Assembly: GCA_029256085.1 (NCBI GenBank)
Contig: JAQSYP010000002.1
Span: forward strand, 343,342 to 407,341
Direction of reading: 5' to 3'
Source of the DNA: Bacillales bacterium
GTDB taxonomy: Bacteria > Bacillota > Bacilli > CAJFEE01
DNA: 64,000 bases
The notes under the pieces were generated by a model. That model ran no database searches. It saw only the letters and a program-made list of their open reading frames with translations, and had not been told where the DNA came from. Every line of letters starts with the position of its first letter. The stretch's first letter is position 1. This document shows positions 31,189 to 41,034 of this stretch, piece after piece. The position numbers and the translations under genes were made by a program.

Positions 31189-32010
31189 TTACTTAATAAT
31201 ATTTTCTGCAAACCACTTCTTAGATATCTCAGCTGAAGTTCCATCTGCTTTCATTTCATCCATAGCTTTTTGTACTGCTTCTAATAGCTTTTTATCAGAT
31301 TTACGAACACCAATCCCGTATTCTTCATCTCCAAAATTATCTTCAAGTACAGCGTATTTGTCTGCTCCACGCTCATTAATATAATATCTTGCAAGGATTT
31401 CATCAGCAACTACTGCATCTACGCGCTTTACTTCTAAATCCATAAGAGCTTGAGTGTAGTTTTCAAATAAAACTGGCTTCCCGCCGTCAAATGCTGCTGC
31501 TAGATCTGCTTCAGCGTTAATCGCTTCTAATGAGCTTGAACCACTCTGAGTAGCTACCTTTGCCCCTTTTAAATCTTCCTTTGTTTTAACCTTTGAGCCA
31601 GCAAGCGTAATAATTACTTGACGGTTTTCTAAGTAAGGATTTGTAAATGCAACCTTTTCCTTACGCTCATCAGTAATTGTATATCCATTCCAGATTAAAT
31701 CAATTTTGCCTGTATTTAATTCAGTTTCCTTCATTGACCAGTCGATTGGTTGGAACTTTACTTCAATTCCTACTCTTTTAAAAACTTCTTTTGCAAGATC
31801 AATATCGAATCCAACAGTATCACCTTTTTCATCTTTGAATCCCATTGGAACGAATGTGTTGTCAAATCCAACAACAACTTCGCCTTTTTTCTTAATTGCA
31901 TCGAATTGATCTGAGCTTTCTTTTTTATCTGCTGTTTCCTTATTTGCACAACCTGTAAATATTGATAAAACTAGCATTAAACCTACGAACACACTAATTA
32001 ACTTTTTCAT
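31189..32010 (-). CDS. Polar amino-acid ABC substrate-binding lipoprotein (family 3)
   Basis: Lipobox FTGC; FVPMGF...GFDIDLA; IWNGYTITDERK. Confidence 0.93.
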   Translation of the reverse strand: MKKLISVFVGLMLVLSIFTGCANKETADKKESSDQFDAIKKKGEVVVGFDNTFVPMGFKDEKGDTVGFDIDLAKEVFKRVGIEVKFQPIDWSMKETELNTGKIDLIWNGYTITDERKEKVAFTNPYLENRQVIITLAGSKVKTKEDLKGAKVATQSGSSSLEAINAEADLAAAFDGGKPVLFENYTQALMDLEVKRVDAVVADEILARYYINERGADKYAVLEDNFGDEEYGIGVRKSDKKLLEAVQKAMDEMKADGTSAEISKKWFAENIIK

Positions 32011-32122
32011 TTTTGTTTTCTCCCCATCTTTGGTATATTTATATTTTCATTCTGATAATCTCGCTGTTACTCCTTTTTGCTTAGCCTTCCAATCATCTGG
32101 GCCCTAGATAATCTTCTGGAGA

Positions 32123-32412
32123 AACAAAAAACTCCCACCTCTAGCATTTGCTAGAGGACGGGAGTTGTGCTCACGTGGTTCCACCTCTGTTTTATTGACG
32201 TCTCGCGATCGCCAACCTCTTCAAGTACGCAGGATTTAAAACCTTTATACTCTAGCACTATAACGGGTGCAGGGATACCGAGAGCAGCCTACCCCAACAA
32301 AGTTGGATCGGTGCCTAGCTCAGAGATGTGTTCAGAATAATCACTCATACCTCTTCTCACCAACCAGAGGCTCTCTTAAAGGATCCTATTCTTACTCGTT
32401 CTCGTCAAAGCC
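32123..32412 (-). ncRNA. T-box riboswitch leader, probable His specifier (CAC)
   Basis: AGAGA and GGTGAGA stem-I motifs; GAA-CAC-A (CAC at 32328..32330); T-box AGAGGTGGAACCACG at 32174..32188; terminator hairpin with U-tract. Confidence 0.88.
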
Positions 32413-32438
32413 TTAAATAAATTATTTAAGATAGGTTT

Positions 32439-32467
32439 ATCATAAAACCATTCAAAATTAAAGTCAA
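32439..32467 (-). promoter_or_regulatory. Sigma-A promoter of the T-box leader
   Basis: TTGACT-17-TATGAT. Confidence 0.8.
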
Positions 32468-32490
32468 TAGAAATATTTCTATGATATTTT

Positions 32491-34215
32491 TCAAACTACC
32501 GCGTTTACTATATTCTTAACTGAATTGGATAATGATACCAATAAAGCATCACTTGCTTCATGACTCGCTTCTTTAACACCGTAGTAGAACTTAATCTTCG
32601 GCTCAGTTCCAGAAGGACGTACACAAACCCACGCGTCATCCTCTAGTAAAAACTTAATAACATTTGATTTCTGGTAGTTAAGAGTCGACGTTGTACCTTT
32701 CAAAACATTAAGAGCTTCACTGTTTTTGTAATCCTCTACAGCAATAACTTTTTTACCGCCAAATTCACTCGGTTGATTATTTCTAAAGTTTGTCATTAAA
32801 ATATTGATTTTCTCAAGTCCATCCATTCCTTTTAATGTAATAGACTCAAGTGACTCTTTATAAAAACCAAATTTAGTATACAAAATCTCAAGTACGTCTA
32901 GGAGTGTAAGATCTTGTTTCTTATAGAAATCAGCCATTTCAGATATTAAAAGTGAGGCTTGAATTGCATCTTTATCTCTTGCAAAGTCTTTTATTAAATA
33001 ACCGTAACTTTCTTCGAAGCCAAATAAAAATACTTTCCCGTCATTACTTCCCTCATATTGTTTAATCTTTTCACTAATAAACTTGAATCCAGTTAAAGTT
33101 TTTTCAACACCAACTCCAAAACTTTTAGCAATATTATCAGCAAACTCTGAAGTAACAACTGTATTTATGATTGTTCCATTTGTTGGAAGTTCACCTGACT
33201 CAGCCTTTTGAGCTAAAAGAAAATAAGTTAATAATGCTCCTGTTTGATTACCAGATAATTTAATGTATTCGGCCTCTGGATTTTTCACGCAAATACCTAC
33301 TCTATCAGCATCTGGATCCGTTGCAATAAGTAAGTCAGCATTAAATGACTTACCAACCCTACGGGCATAAGTAAAAGCAACTTCTTCCTCAGGATTAGGT
33401 GTATTAATTGTCGGGAAATTACCATCAGCTTCACATTGTTCTTTAACACATTCAAAATTAGTAAATCCATATTTCTCAAATGCTCTATTTACAACTGTTT
33501 GCCCTGTTCCGTGAAGCGGTGTAAAAACTATCCTTACTTCTCTTGGCGATTTCTCTAACAAAACTGACTCCAATGCATCAACATATGTATCGTCGACCTC
33601 ACTACACACCTCTTCAATTAAGCCTAAGCTAGCCAGATTTTCGTAAGAATCAACTTTAATTTCAAGTTCACTAGTTATGGCATTAACATAATTCAAAAGT
33701 TCTTCTGACTCAAACGGAGGTAGCTGTCCACCATCGGGTCCGTATGCCTTGAACCCATTATACTCTGGTGGATTATGACTAGCCGTAATCATAATTCCAG
33801 CATACGCATTTAAAAATCTAACTGCATATGACAACACAGGTGTTGGCCTTAACTCTGAGAAGAGAAAAGCTTTCACATTATTAGAAGCTAAAGTCTTAGC
33901 AGCTTCTATTGCAAATTCTTTAGAGTTATTTCTTGAGTCATATGCGATAACTACACCACGACTTTTCGCTTCTTCTCCGTGGCTCGCAACATACTCTGCT
34001 AGACCCTGCGTTGCCTTTCTAATTGTATAGATGTTCATTCTATTTGTACCTGGTCCCATTTCACCACGCATACCGCCCGTGCCGAAATCTAAATTTTTAT
34101 AAAACGCCTCTATTAATTTCGATTCATCATTTGAAATGCTTGATAATTGTTCTCTTAATTTAGCATCTAGTTGTTTAAAATTATTCCATTTAGTGAATTG
34201 TTGCTTCCAACTCAT
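32491..34215 (-). CDS. pgcA: Phosphoglucomutase
   Basis: GGGAGG RBS, ATG 34215; FGTGGMRG, TASHNP, DPDADR, FEESYG and RPSGTEPKIK. Confidence 0.93.
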   Translation of the reverse strand: MSWKQQFTKWNNFKQLDAKLREQLSSISNDESKLIEAFYKNLDFGTGGMRGEMGPGTNRMNIYTIRKATQGLAEYVASHGEEAKSRGVVIAYDSRNNSKEFAIEAAKTLASNNVKAFLFSELRPTPVLSYAVRFLNAYAGIMITASHNPPEYNGFKAYGPDGGQLPPFESEELLNYVNAITSELEIKVDSYENLASLGLIEEVCSEVDDTYVDALESVLLEKSPREVRIVFTPLHGTGQTVVNRAFEKYGFTNFECVKEQCEADGNFPTINTPNPEEEVAFTYARRVGKSFNADLLIATDPDADRVGICVKNPEAEYIKLSGNQTGALLTYFLLAQKAESGELPTNGTIINTVVTSEFADNIAKSFGVGVEKTLTGFKFISEKIKQYEGSNDGKVFLFGFEESYGYLIKDFARDKDAIQASLLISEMADFYKKQDLTLLDVLEILYTKFGFYKESLESITLKGMDGLEKINILMTNFRNNQPSEFGGKKVIAVEDYKNSEALNVLKGTTSTLNYQKSNVIKFLLEDDAWVCVRPSGTEPKIKFYYGVKEASHEASDALLVSLSNSVKNIVNAVV

Positions 34216-34401
34216 AATTTCCTCCCAAGACCCCTGCATATTTCTTCATAAAGAAGCTAATTATAATTTACCAAAAACCTATACTTTTATAACTTCTTTT
34301 TTATTTACAAATATCGTCATTAAATAAATCCAGGGGAAAAATGCATTTAATTCGGTTTAATGATTATTTCCCCGGAAATTGTCGTAATTAATTATTTATG
34401 G

Positions 34402-36042
34402 CTATTCTTGTAAATACTTGTATTTTTCAGTGTAAGATTTATAATCAACATCTGAAAGTTTAAGCAATTCTTTAATTAAGACCAGTGCATCATCATAATA
34501 TTCTCTAACTAATTCTCTTTCAAAGTAGAACCACCCAGTACGTCTTACAAAGAAATCTTCTGGTGTCATGACTTGTTCTTCGAGGACACCATATAAAAGT
34601 GGATAGAAAATTTTATCAGGAAGTTTCGAAGTATCTCTTAGATCTTTAAATCTCTCTTTATATCCAAAAATAACATCTACGTTTCCACCGTAAATTTTTA
34701 TAAGTTTTTTTGACAGTTCTTCTTTCCAACCCATTTGAGTGGCCTTTTGCAACATTGTAGCTGTAAAATTCTCATAGCATGCTGTAAATCCTAAATCTCC
34801 GCCTGAAAGTGTCATAGCTCTTGTTAATGACTTATAAAACTCAGCTTTGCATTGAAGTTCCTTGTCTTCTAAAACCGTATCTACTACCTTTTCAGCAACA
34901 CTTCTATAATTTGTTAATTTCCCACCAGCGACTGTAATTAGATTTTTACACGAGATCCAAATCTCCGCAATTGCGCTATTATCTTGAATATCTTTTAAAG
35001 CCTTACCATAAAGTGTGCGAATTCCTGCCCAACTAGAGATTATGTCTTCCTTAGTTAGATTTAGACCTTGAAAAAATTTGTTCATATCATTTAATAAATA
35101 TTCTTTTTCTTCTTCAGTAACTTGAGGATTTTCAATGTCTCCCTCATATAAACTTTCTGTTGTTCCTACAAAAACACTTTTACGAAATGGAATAGCAAAC
35201 ATAAGCTTGCCTTCATCATTTTCAAAATAGGTTCCTTTTTCAAGCGGAAACCTCTTTTGTGAAAAAACAATATGCGACCCTTTTACCCACTTAGATGATA
35301 AAGGTGACTCATTAATATGCGACTTGTCCAAGCTAAATATCCAAGGTCCAGTTGCGTTAATCACTTTTTTCGCTTTAACAACATGAACTTCACCTGTTAA
35401 TGAGTCTTTAAGGTAAGCCCCACAAACAATGCCGTCTTCCATTAGCAATTTCTCTACTTTAGTATAGTTTAATGCCCAAGCACCTTCTTTTACGGCCTGC
35501 TTGATAACTTCTATATTTATTCGAGAATCATTTGTCAGATATTCCGAAAACATACCAGATCCTAATAAATTTTCATTTTTGATATAAGGAATTTTATTTA
35601 AGGTTTCAGTTGAAGATAAGATGACGCTTTTTTCTTCTTTACTTAAACCAGCAATCGTATCATAAACAGTTAATCCAAACCTTGTTAAAAGTGGACCGAT
35701 TTTACTTTCTTTATAATAAGGCAAACAAATATTTATTGATTTGGTTACATGGGGGGCGTTCTCGGCAACAATTTTACGTTCTTTTGAGATTTCGGAAATG
35801 ACTCTAAAGTTCATTTGCTTCAGGTATTTTAAACCTCCGTGTATTAATTTTGAGGTTCTTCCTGAAGTACCACTTGCATAGTCATTCATTTCTACAACAA
35901 CAACTTTTAAGTTTCGAGTTGCCGCATCTAATGCAATTCCTGCCCCTGTAATACCGCCTCCAATTACGAGAACATCAAACGTATTATCATTTATATGTTT
36001 TAACCATTGCTTTCTTTGTTGATAACTAAATTGTCGTTGCAT
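34402..36042 (-). CDS. glpD: FAD-dependent glycerol-3-phosphate dehydrogenase/oxidase family protein (divergent)
   Basis: IGGGITGAGIALDA, GTSGRTSKLIHGG, NATGPW and GGKLT; upstream of pgcA as in B. subtilis; ATG 36042. Confidence 0.8.
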   Translation of the reverse strand: MQRQFSYQQRKQWLKHINDNTFDVLVIGGGITGAGIALDAATRNLKVVVVEMNDYASGTSGRTSKLIHGGLKYLKQMNFRVISEISKERKIVAENAPHVTKSINICLPYYKESKIGPLLTRFGLTVYDTIAGLSKEEKSVILSSTETLNKIPYIKNENLLGSGMFSEYLTNDSRINIEVIKQAVKEGAWALNYTKVEKLLMEDGIVCGAYLKDSLTGEVHVVKAKKVINATGPWIFSLDKSHINESPLSSKWVKGSHIVFSQKRFPLEKGTYFENDEGKLMFAIPFRKSVFVGTTESLYEGDIENPQVTEEEKEYLLNDMNKFFQGLNLTKEDIISSWAGIRTLYGKALKDIQDNSAIAEIWISCKNLITVAGGKLTNYRSVAEKVVDTVLEDKELQCKAEFYKSLTRAMTLSGGDLGFTACYENFTATMLQKATQMGWKEELSKKLIKIYGGNVDVIFGYKERFKDLRDTSKLPDKIFYPLLYGVLEEQVMTPEDFFVRRTGWFYFERELVREYYDDALVLIKELLKLSDVDYKSYTEKYKYLQE

Positions 36043-36193
36043 CCTTTTCACCCCTTTTGTCGATACAATGTCAAGTAATAAGATTGGTTTTCTATGATAC
36101 TTATTATTAAATGTCATAATTTATTACTTTTACGTTTTGTTGTCTACATACTATAATTTTATATGAATAGTACCCAAGAAAGGTGGACTAACT

Positions 36194-36628
36194 TTGAACA
36201 AAAATCAAACTAAATTGGACATGCTATTATTTATTTCATGGGCAGCATCATTAATAGCTACACTTGGAAGTCTTTTCTTCTCAGAAATTATGAAGTATAT
36301 ACCATGTTCTCTTTGCTGGTATCAGCGCATATTTATGTATCCATTTGTCGTAATTTTAGCTATGGCAATGGTTAAAAAGGATTATAAGGTTTACTCTTAT
36401 AGCATAGCTTTATCTGGTATTGGATTAGTTATTGCACTTTATCACACACTATTACAGAAAGTTCCTTTTTTACAGGAAAATTCTTTAGACTGTGGTATCG
36501 TACCTTGTACTACAGACTACATTGATTGGCTTGGCTTCATCACAATACCTTTTATGGCACTAGTTGCCTTTACAATTATTTTTGTGTGTATGGTGTACAT
36601 GCGCAAACTTATTAAGGAGGAAAAGTAA
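36194..36628 (+). CDS. bdbC: DsbB-family disulfide bond formation protein
   Basis: GSLFFSE, PCSLCWYQRIFMYP and second Cys pair CGIVPC. Confidence 0.9.
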   Translation: MNKNQTKLDMLLFISWAASLIATLGSLFFSEIMKYIPCSLCWYQRIFMYPFVVILAMAMVKKDYKVYSYSIALSGIGLVIALYHTLLQKVPFLQENSLDCGIVPCTTDYIDWLGFITIPFMALVAFTIIFVCMVYMRKLIKEEK

Positions 36629-36632
36629 TAAT

Positions 36633-37097
36633 ATGAAAAAGATTGTCATTTTCGCAGTAATTTTAGTTGCATTATTTGGAGCAATTGCATTTGTAACAAT
36701 GCAATCAAATAAAGATGCGTCTGAAGGTAATCCATATGGAAAAGAAACACTTCATCCTGAAACAATTAAAAGCTTAAAGGACCCTAATTATCAAAATGTA
36801 ATTACTCCTGAGCAACTTGAAGAAAAAAATGCTGCAGGTGAGCCTGTAACTGTTTATGTTTTCTCACCATTATGTAAATATTGTAAGGAAGCAACTCCTG
36901 GTTTAATGTCAGCTTCAAAAGCAGTTGGAACGGAAATTAAAATGATGAACGTTCTTGAATACGAGGACATGTTTAATAAGCTAGGTATTGAAGGAACTCC
37001 GACATTACTACAATTTAAAGGCGGGAAAGAAGTAGCTCGTGTTAAAGGTAATGTAGGCGAAGAAGGATTCAAGCAGTTCCTAGAAGCAAATAAATAA
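36633..37097 (+). CDS. Membrane-anchored thioredoxin-family protein
   Basis: AAGGAGG RBS, ATG 36633; N-terminal TM; CKYC; GTPT. Confidence 0.88.
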   Translation: MKKIVIFAVILVALFGAIAFVTMQSNKDASEGNPYGKETLHPETIKSLKDPNYQNVITPEQLEEKNAAGEPVTVYVFSPLCKYCKEATPGLMSASKAVGTEIKMMNVLEYEDMFNKLGIEGTPTLLQFKGGKEVARVKGNVGEEGFKQFLEANK

Positions 37098-37179
37098 TTT
37101 ACAAGTGACCTAGTTTTTTACTAGGTCATTTTTTATTTTTTATGATATTATAGTCTGTAAAAATAGAGGGGGATTTAGT

Positions 37180-37650
37180 ATGATTGCTACGTTTGGAGGC
37201 GGCTGCTTCTGGGAAGTTGAAGAAGCTTTTAGACCACTTGAAGGTGTAATAGAAACAACTGTAGGATATATGGGTGGAAAAGTTGAAAACCCTAAGTATG
37301 AAGAGGTTTACACTGATGAAACCGGCCATGCTGAGGTAGTGCAAATTGATTTTGACCCTGAAAAAATTACATATGAACAGCTATTGGAGAAATTCTTCGA
37401 AATGCATGATCCAACTCAACTGAATCGTCAAGGTGAGGACGTAGGCACTCGATACCGTACTGTTGTGTTTTTTCACGATGAAGATCAAAAGGCTGCTGCT
37501 GAAAAAATGATTGCAGAACTTGAAGCTGCAAAAAGGTTTGATAAGCCGATTGTTACTAATGTGGTCCCTGCTGTTAAATTTTGGTCAGGTGAAGAATATC
37601 ATCAAAAATATTTATTTAAGCGTGGCTTAAATTCTTGTTCTTTATTATAA
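37180..37650 (+). CDS. msrA: Peptide-methionine (S)-sulfoxide reductase
   Basis: GGCFW, TGHAE, HDPTQLNRQG.D.G..YR and EEYHQ. Confidence 0.95.
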   Translation: MIATFGGGCFWEVEEAFRPLEGVIETTVGYMGGKVENPKYEEVYTDETGHAEVVQIDFDPEKITYEQLLEKFFEMHDPTQLNRQGEDVGTRYRTVVFFHDEDQKAAAEKMIAELEAAKRFDKPIVTNVVPAVKFWSGEEYHQKYLFKRGLNSCSLL

Positions 37651-37666
37651 AAATTATAAGCTAATC

Positions 37667-37792
37667 CTGATGTTTAGAATCTGCTCGCTTTCCTCGGGCA
37701 GTCCGCAAGCCTCCTCGGCTCATTCCTCGCCTGTGGGGTCTTGCCAGGCCTGCTTTCCCGAAGGAGTCTCGCAGATTCCTTAACATCAACAG
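37667..37792. repeat. GC-rich nested palindromic element (REP/MITE-like)
   Basis: Nested pairings GATGTT/AACATC, GAATCTGC/GCAGATTC, TCCTCGGG/CCCGAAGGA and GCAAG/CTTGC; GC far above background; between convergent genes. Confidence 0.7.
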
Positions 37793-37863
37793 TTAATAAA
37801 TTTTTTTTAGTCTCAACCAGACTTTTGCGACATCCTAACTCTTTCTATAGAACACAAAATTTT

Positions 37864-38742
37864 TTAGCTAGATACAGGCACTCCACCGTTTACGTGAATA
37901 GTCTGACCTGTCACGTATGTACTATCTTCACTAGCCAAGTACACATAGGCTGGTGCGACCTCAGCAGGTTGTCCAGCACGGTTCATTGGGACATTCCCTC
38001 CAAATTCACTTACTTTTTGTTCGTCGAAACTTGATGGTATCAAAGGCGTCCAGATTGGACCAGGAGCAACTGCATTTACCCTTATACCTTGTCCTACTAG
38101 AGCCTTTGCCATAGAACGAGTAAACGTAACTGTAGCACCTTTAGATGCTGAATAGTCCAAAAGTGTATCATGTCCTTCATATGCAGTTATAGACGTTGTA
38201 TTTATAATTGATGATCCTTCCTTCAGGTGTGGGAGTGCTGCCTTTGTCATATAGAAATATGAAAATACATTAGTTCGGAAAGTATGTTCTAATTGCTCAG
38301 ACGTTAAATCTGTTAAGCTTTGAACCGGGTATTGTTGTGCAATATTATTAACTAATATATCAAGCTTGCCGAATTGCTTAATCGCTTCGTTTACAACATT
38401 ATTACAATTTCCTTCTAATGCTAAATCTCCTCTTACTAAATGGCATTTAGCACCGTACTTTTCTACTTCTTTTTTTGTTTCCTCTGCATCTTTTCCTTCG
38501 TCCAAAAAGGCGATAACTATATTTGCTCCTTCTTTTGCAAAATCAATTGCAACAGCTTTGCCAATGCCACTATCTCCACCAGTAATAATTGCAACTTTAT
38601 CCTTTAACTTACCACTACCTTTGTACTGCTCAGTTTCCGAAATTGGCTTTGGATCCATTTCTTTTTCAGAACCCGGTTGATGGTTTTGATGTTGAGGTGG
38701 AAAAGTTTGATTATTAGAATTTTGACTACTCACTTTACACAC
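37864..38742 (-). CDS. SDR oxidoreductase (YhdF/YdaD-like general stress family)
   Basis: QPG.E..M.P.P, TGGDSGIG, YSASK and PGPIWTPLIP. Confidence 0.92.
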   Translation of the reverse strand: MCKVSSQNSNNQTFPPQHQNHQPGSEKEMDPKPISETEQYKGSGKLKDKVAIITGGDSGIGKAVAIDFAKEGANIVIAFLDEGKDAEETKKEVEKYGAKCHLVRGDLALEGNCNNVVNEAIKQFGKLDILVNNIAQQYPVQSLTDLTSEQLEHTFRTNVFSYFYMTKAALPHLKEGSSIINTTSITAYEGHDTLLDYSASKGATVTFTRSMAKALVGQGIRVNAVAPGPIWTPLIPSSFDEQKVSEFGGNVPMNRAGQPAEVAPAYVYLASEDSTYVTGQTIHVNGGVPVSS

Positions 38743-39000
38743 ATCCTTATAATAATTATTAACATTTTATTTTTCACCTTAATAAATATTTAATGTATCC
38801 TACATATTTTCATCATATTATTTGCATAGTTTCTGCAAAATCTTAAATTATATTTATTACATAGTAATACTCTCTCTCTTTTAAAAAACATGTCCCTTTC
38901 CCTTTTCTTTAAAAACGAAATCCCGAGCTAATTAGCTCGGGGTTTTGGTTTGTCTAGAGTAAAAAAAGCTATCTAATTTCTTAGATAGCTTAGTTAATTT

Positions 39001-40851
39001 CTAATTTTCATTCCACTGAATTCCCCAACGGTTCCCGGATGTCCAAGTTCCTTGTAGTGACATACCATTTGGATTATTGTAACTATCATTGTTAATGAAT
39101 GTTCCATCTTCCATCGAAGAGTGGCAGCCCCAACATGAGCTCATGTTAACATATCGTTTAATTGCTGAGGTATCATTTGCGTCAATTAAGGTTGCCTCTT
39201 CGCCTTCTTCTCCTGTTTCAAGAAGCTGCTTGTAATTTTCTTCAGATGCATTTCTCATTACTTTTTGTTCGGTTCCGTGTGCATAGTGACAGCGAACACA
39301 TGAAGTTCTATCGAAGTCAGTTTTATGACGATATCCTGCTTCATAAACCCCACCGTTTGAAGCCCCATCAGATAAATAGTCAGTATGACATGAGATGCAG
39401 AAGTATGACATCGCAGCACCCATTCCAGCAGAAGATGTTAAGCCGTATCTAGTAACGGCTGTTCCGTCTAACCTATTATCAGCATGGTCTTCTAATTCCT
39501 CACCTACTAGAGCACCATTATTAGTTACAAACAATTCTACACCAGATACATTATGTGTAGCGACTTTGATTTTATCTAATTTCACTACGTAAGCACGGCC
39601 AACGTGGCCTGCAACAACGTTGTCTATCCATGCTCCATCTGCACTATATGCAAATGCTTTAACATAATTAACTGTCGTATTTCCATCTTTACCGTTTGAA
39701 ACATTTGTATTATCTATTGTTGCTGAAGCTTCTGTTGTAGTAAAGAAACCGACTGCATAAGATGCATCAATATTGTACTGAAGATTCTCATCAACCCAAG
39801 GCGTCAGATCTGGGATATACTTGAGACTAATTTCATCCCACTTATACACCATTATTACATTACCATCGATTGCAGCTGGTGTTACACCATAATCTGATGT
39901 TTTAAAATAATCAGCTGTAATAACTTGATTTTTAATGTCTTTTAGTTCTGCGTTACTTATATTTGTAAGATGTGTAGTTACATCTGTTCTAAATAATTTA
40001 TATTTTTGGGCTTTTGTTGTTAATTTTAAATCTTCCGGGGCTGAAATATTTTCAACCGGAACTTGCTTTAATAATGTTTCTGTTGTAGCTTCTGGTGTAT
40101 TAAGTAACCCTGCTTCACCAATCGAATTTCCAAGCATTTCATAGCTAGTTGTTGCCATTCCGTTTGGGTTCCAGTGAAGTAATCTATCTGAATAAGATCC
40201 ATGAGGAGAATGACAGCTTGCACAGTTAAACGTCTTGTCCCAGTGCCCATCACCTGTACTGTTACCACCAGGTGCTGCACTTACTTTTATTGATTCACTA
40301 TAAACATCATGCATTGAAACTCCAACTGAAGCAGGAGTTGTTGTTGAAAACATCCCCGCAGTTGAACCGACTTGGAAGCCGTGTGAGTTTATCTCTACTG
40401 ACAAAGTAGAATCTACCATTGGAGTAGTAACATCATAGTCATCGTCTGCTTTCATTGGACGATCAACAATAGTTACGGACGGACCTGTTGAGAAAATCTT
40501 CCCAGATTTAACATCATAAAAACCTAAGCTTCCATCATGGCAAGCGATACAAGTTTTACCAACAGTATCTTGAATTAATAATTTGTTACCATTAGCTGTA
40601 TGCGTCATGTGACAGCTTGCACAAGAGTTTGTATTAGTTTGGTAAGATCCGTGAGTTTTTTGAGCTATACCATTGACATCTTTAACATTTTTAACCAAAG
40701 TTTTAGCTTGGCCCTCAATACCAGTTTCATTTGAGTTAGTTTCATTAACACGATGTGGATCATCTTCAGCCATAGTTAAAATAGGGCTAGTCAATAAAAC
40801 TGCCACTAATGACCCAGTCAAGACCATTGTCTTTAATATTAAATTTTTCAT
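39001..40851 (-). CDS. Secreted hexaheme c-type cytochrome with OmcS-like motif layout
   Basis: Signal peptide ending TMA; CASCH, CIACH, CASCH, CISCH, CVRCH, CWGCH; hairpins at about 38917..38990. Confidence 0.9.
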   Translation of the reverse strand: MKNLILKTMVLTGSLVAVLLTSPILTMAEDDPHRVNETNSNETGIEGQAKTLVKNVKDVNGIAQKTHGSYQTNTNSCASCHMTHTANGNKLLIQDTVGKTCIACHDGSLGFYDVKSGKIFSTGPSVTIVDRPMKADDDYDVTTPMVDSTLSVEINSHGFQVGSTAGMFSTTTPASVGVSMHDVYSESIKVSAAPGGNSTGDGHWDKTFNCASCHSPHGSYSDRLLHWNPNGMATTSYEMLGNSIGEAGLLNTPEATTETLLKQVPVENISAPEDLKLTTKAQKYKLFRTDVTTHLTNISNAELKDIKNQVITADYFKTSDYGVTPAAIDGNVIMVYKWDEISLKYIPDLTPWVDENLQYNIDASYAVGFFTTTEASATIDNTNVSNGKDGNTTVNYVKAFAYSADGAWIDNVVAGHVGRAYVVKLDKIKVATHNVSGVELFVTNNGALVGEELEDHADNRLDGTAVTRYGLTSSAGMGAAMSYFCISCHTDYLSDGASNGGVYEAGYRHKTDFDRTSCVRCHYAHGTEQKVMRNASEENYKQLLETGEEGEEATLIDANDTSAIKRYVNMSSCWGCHSSMEDGTFINNDSYNNPNGMSLQGTWTSGNRWGIQWNEN

Positions 40852-40920
40852 ACCCTATTCTCCCATAACCTTTTTCTGTTTATCTCTATCTATTTATCTA
40901 TTTTTATTTTTATCTATTAA

Positions 40921-40941
40921 GACAAATATACTATATTTGTC
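40921..40941. promoter_or_regulatory. Candidate operator palindrome upstream of the 616-aa cytochrome
   Basis: Perfect GACAAATATA-C-TATATTTGTC. Confidence 0.4.
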
Positions 40942-41034
40942 CATTTAAGTATATATGCTAAATACTACTTTGATGTGTATTTTTTATTAAAGTCAACATA
41001 AAAGCACTTACAATTTTTGTAAGTGCTTTTTGTG

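Noticed and set aside
36194-37650. bdbC, thioredoxin and msrA as dedicated maturation genes for the cytochromes
   Set aside because: Common Bacillus housekeeping genes; BdbC is oxidising rather than a heme-attachment factor; separated from the locus and on the opposite strand
37741-38034. 97-aa plus-strand ORF
   Set aside because: Starts inside the palindromic element and is antisense to the SDR gene
40878-40918. TATC/TATT low-complexity tract upstream of the 616-aa cytochrome as a phase-variation switch
   Set aside because: Imperfect and short; compatible with AT-rich background
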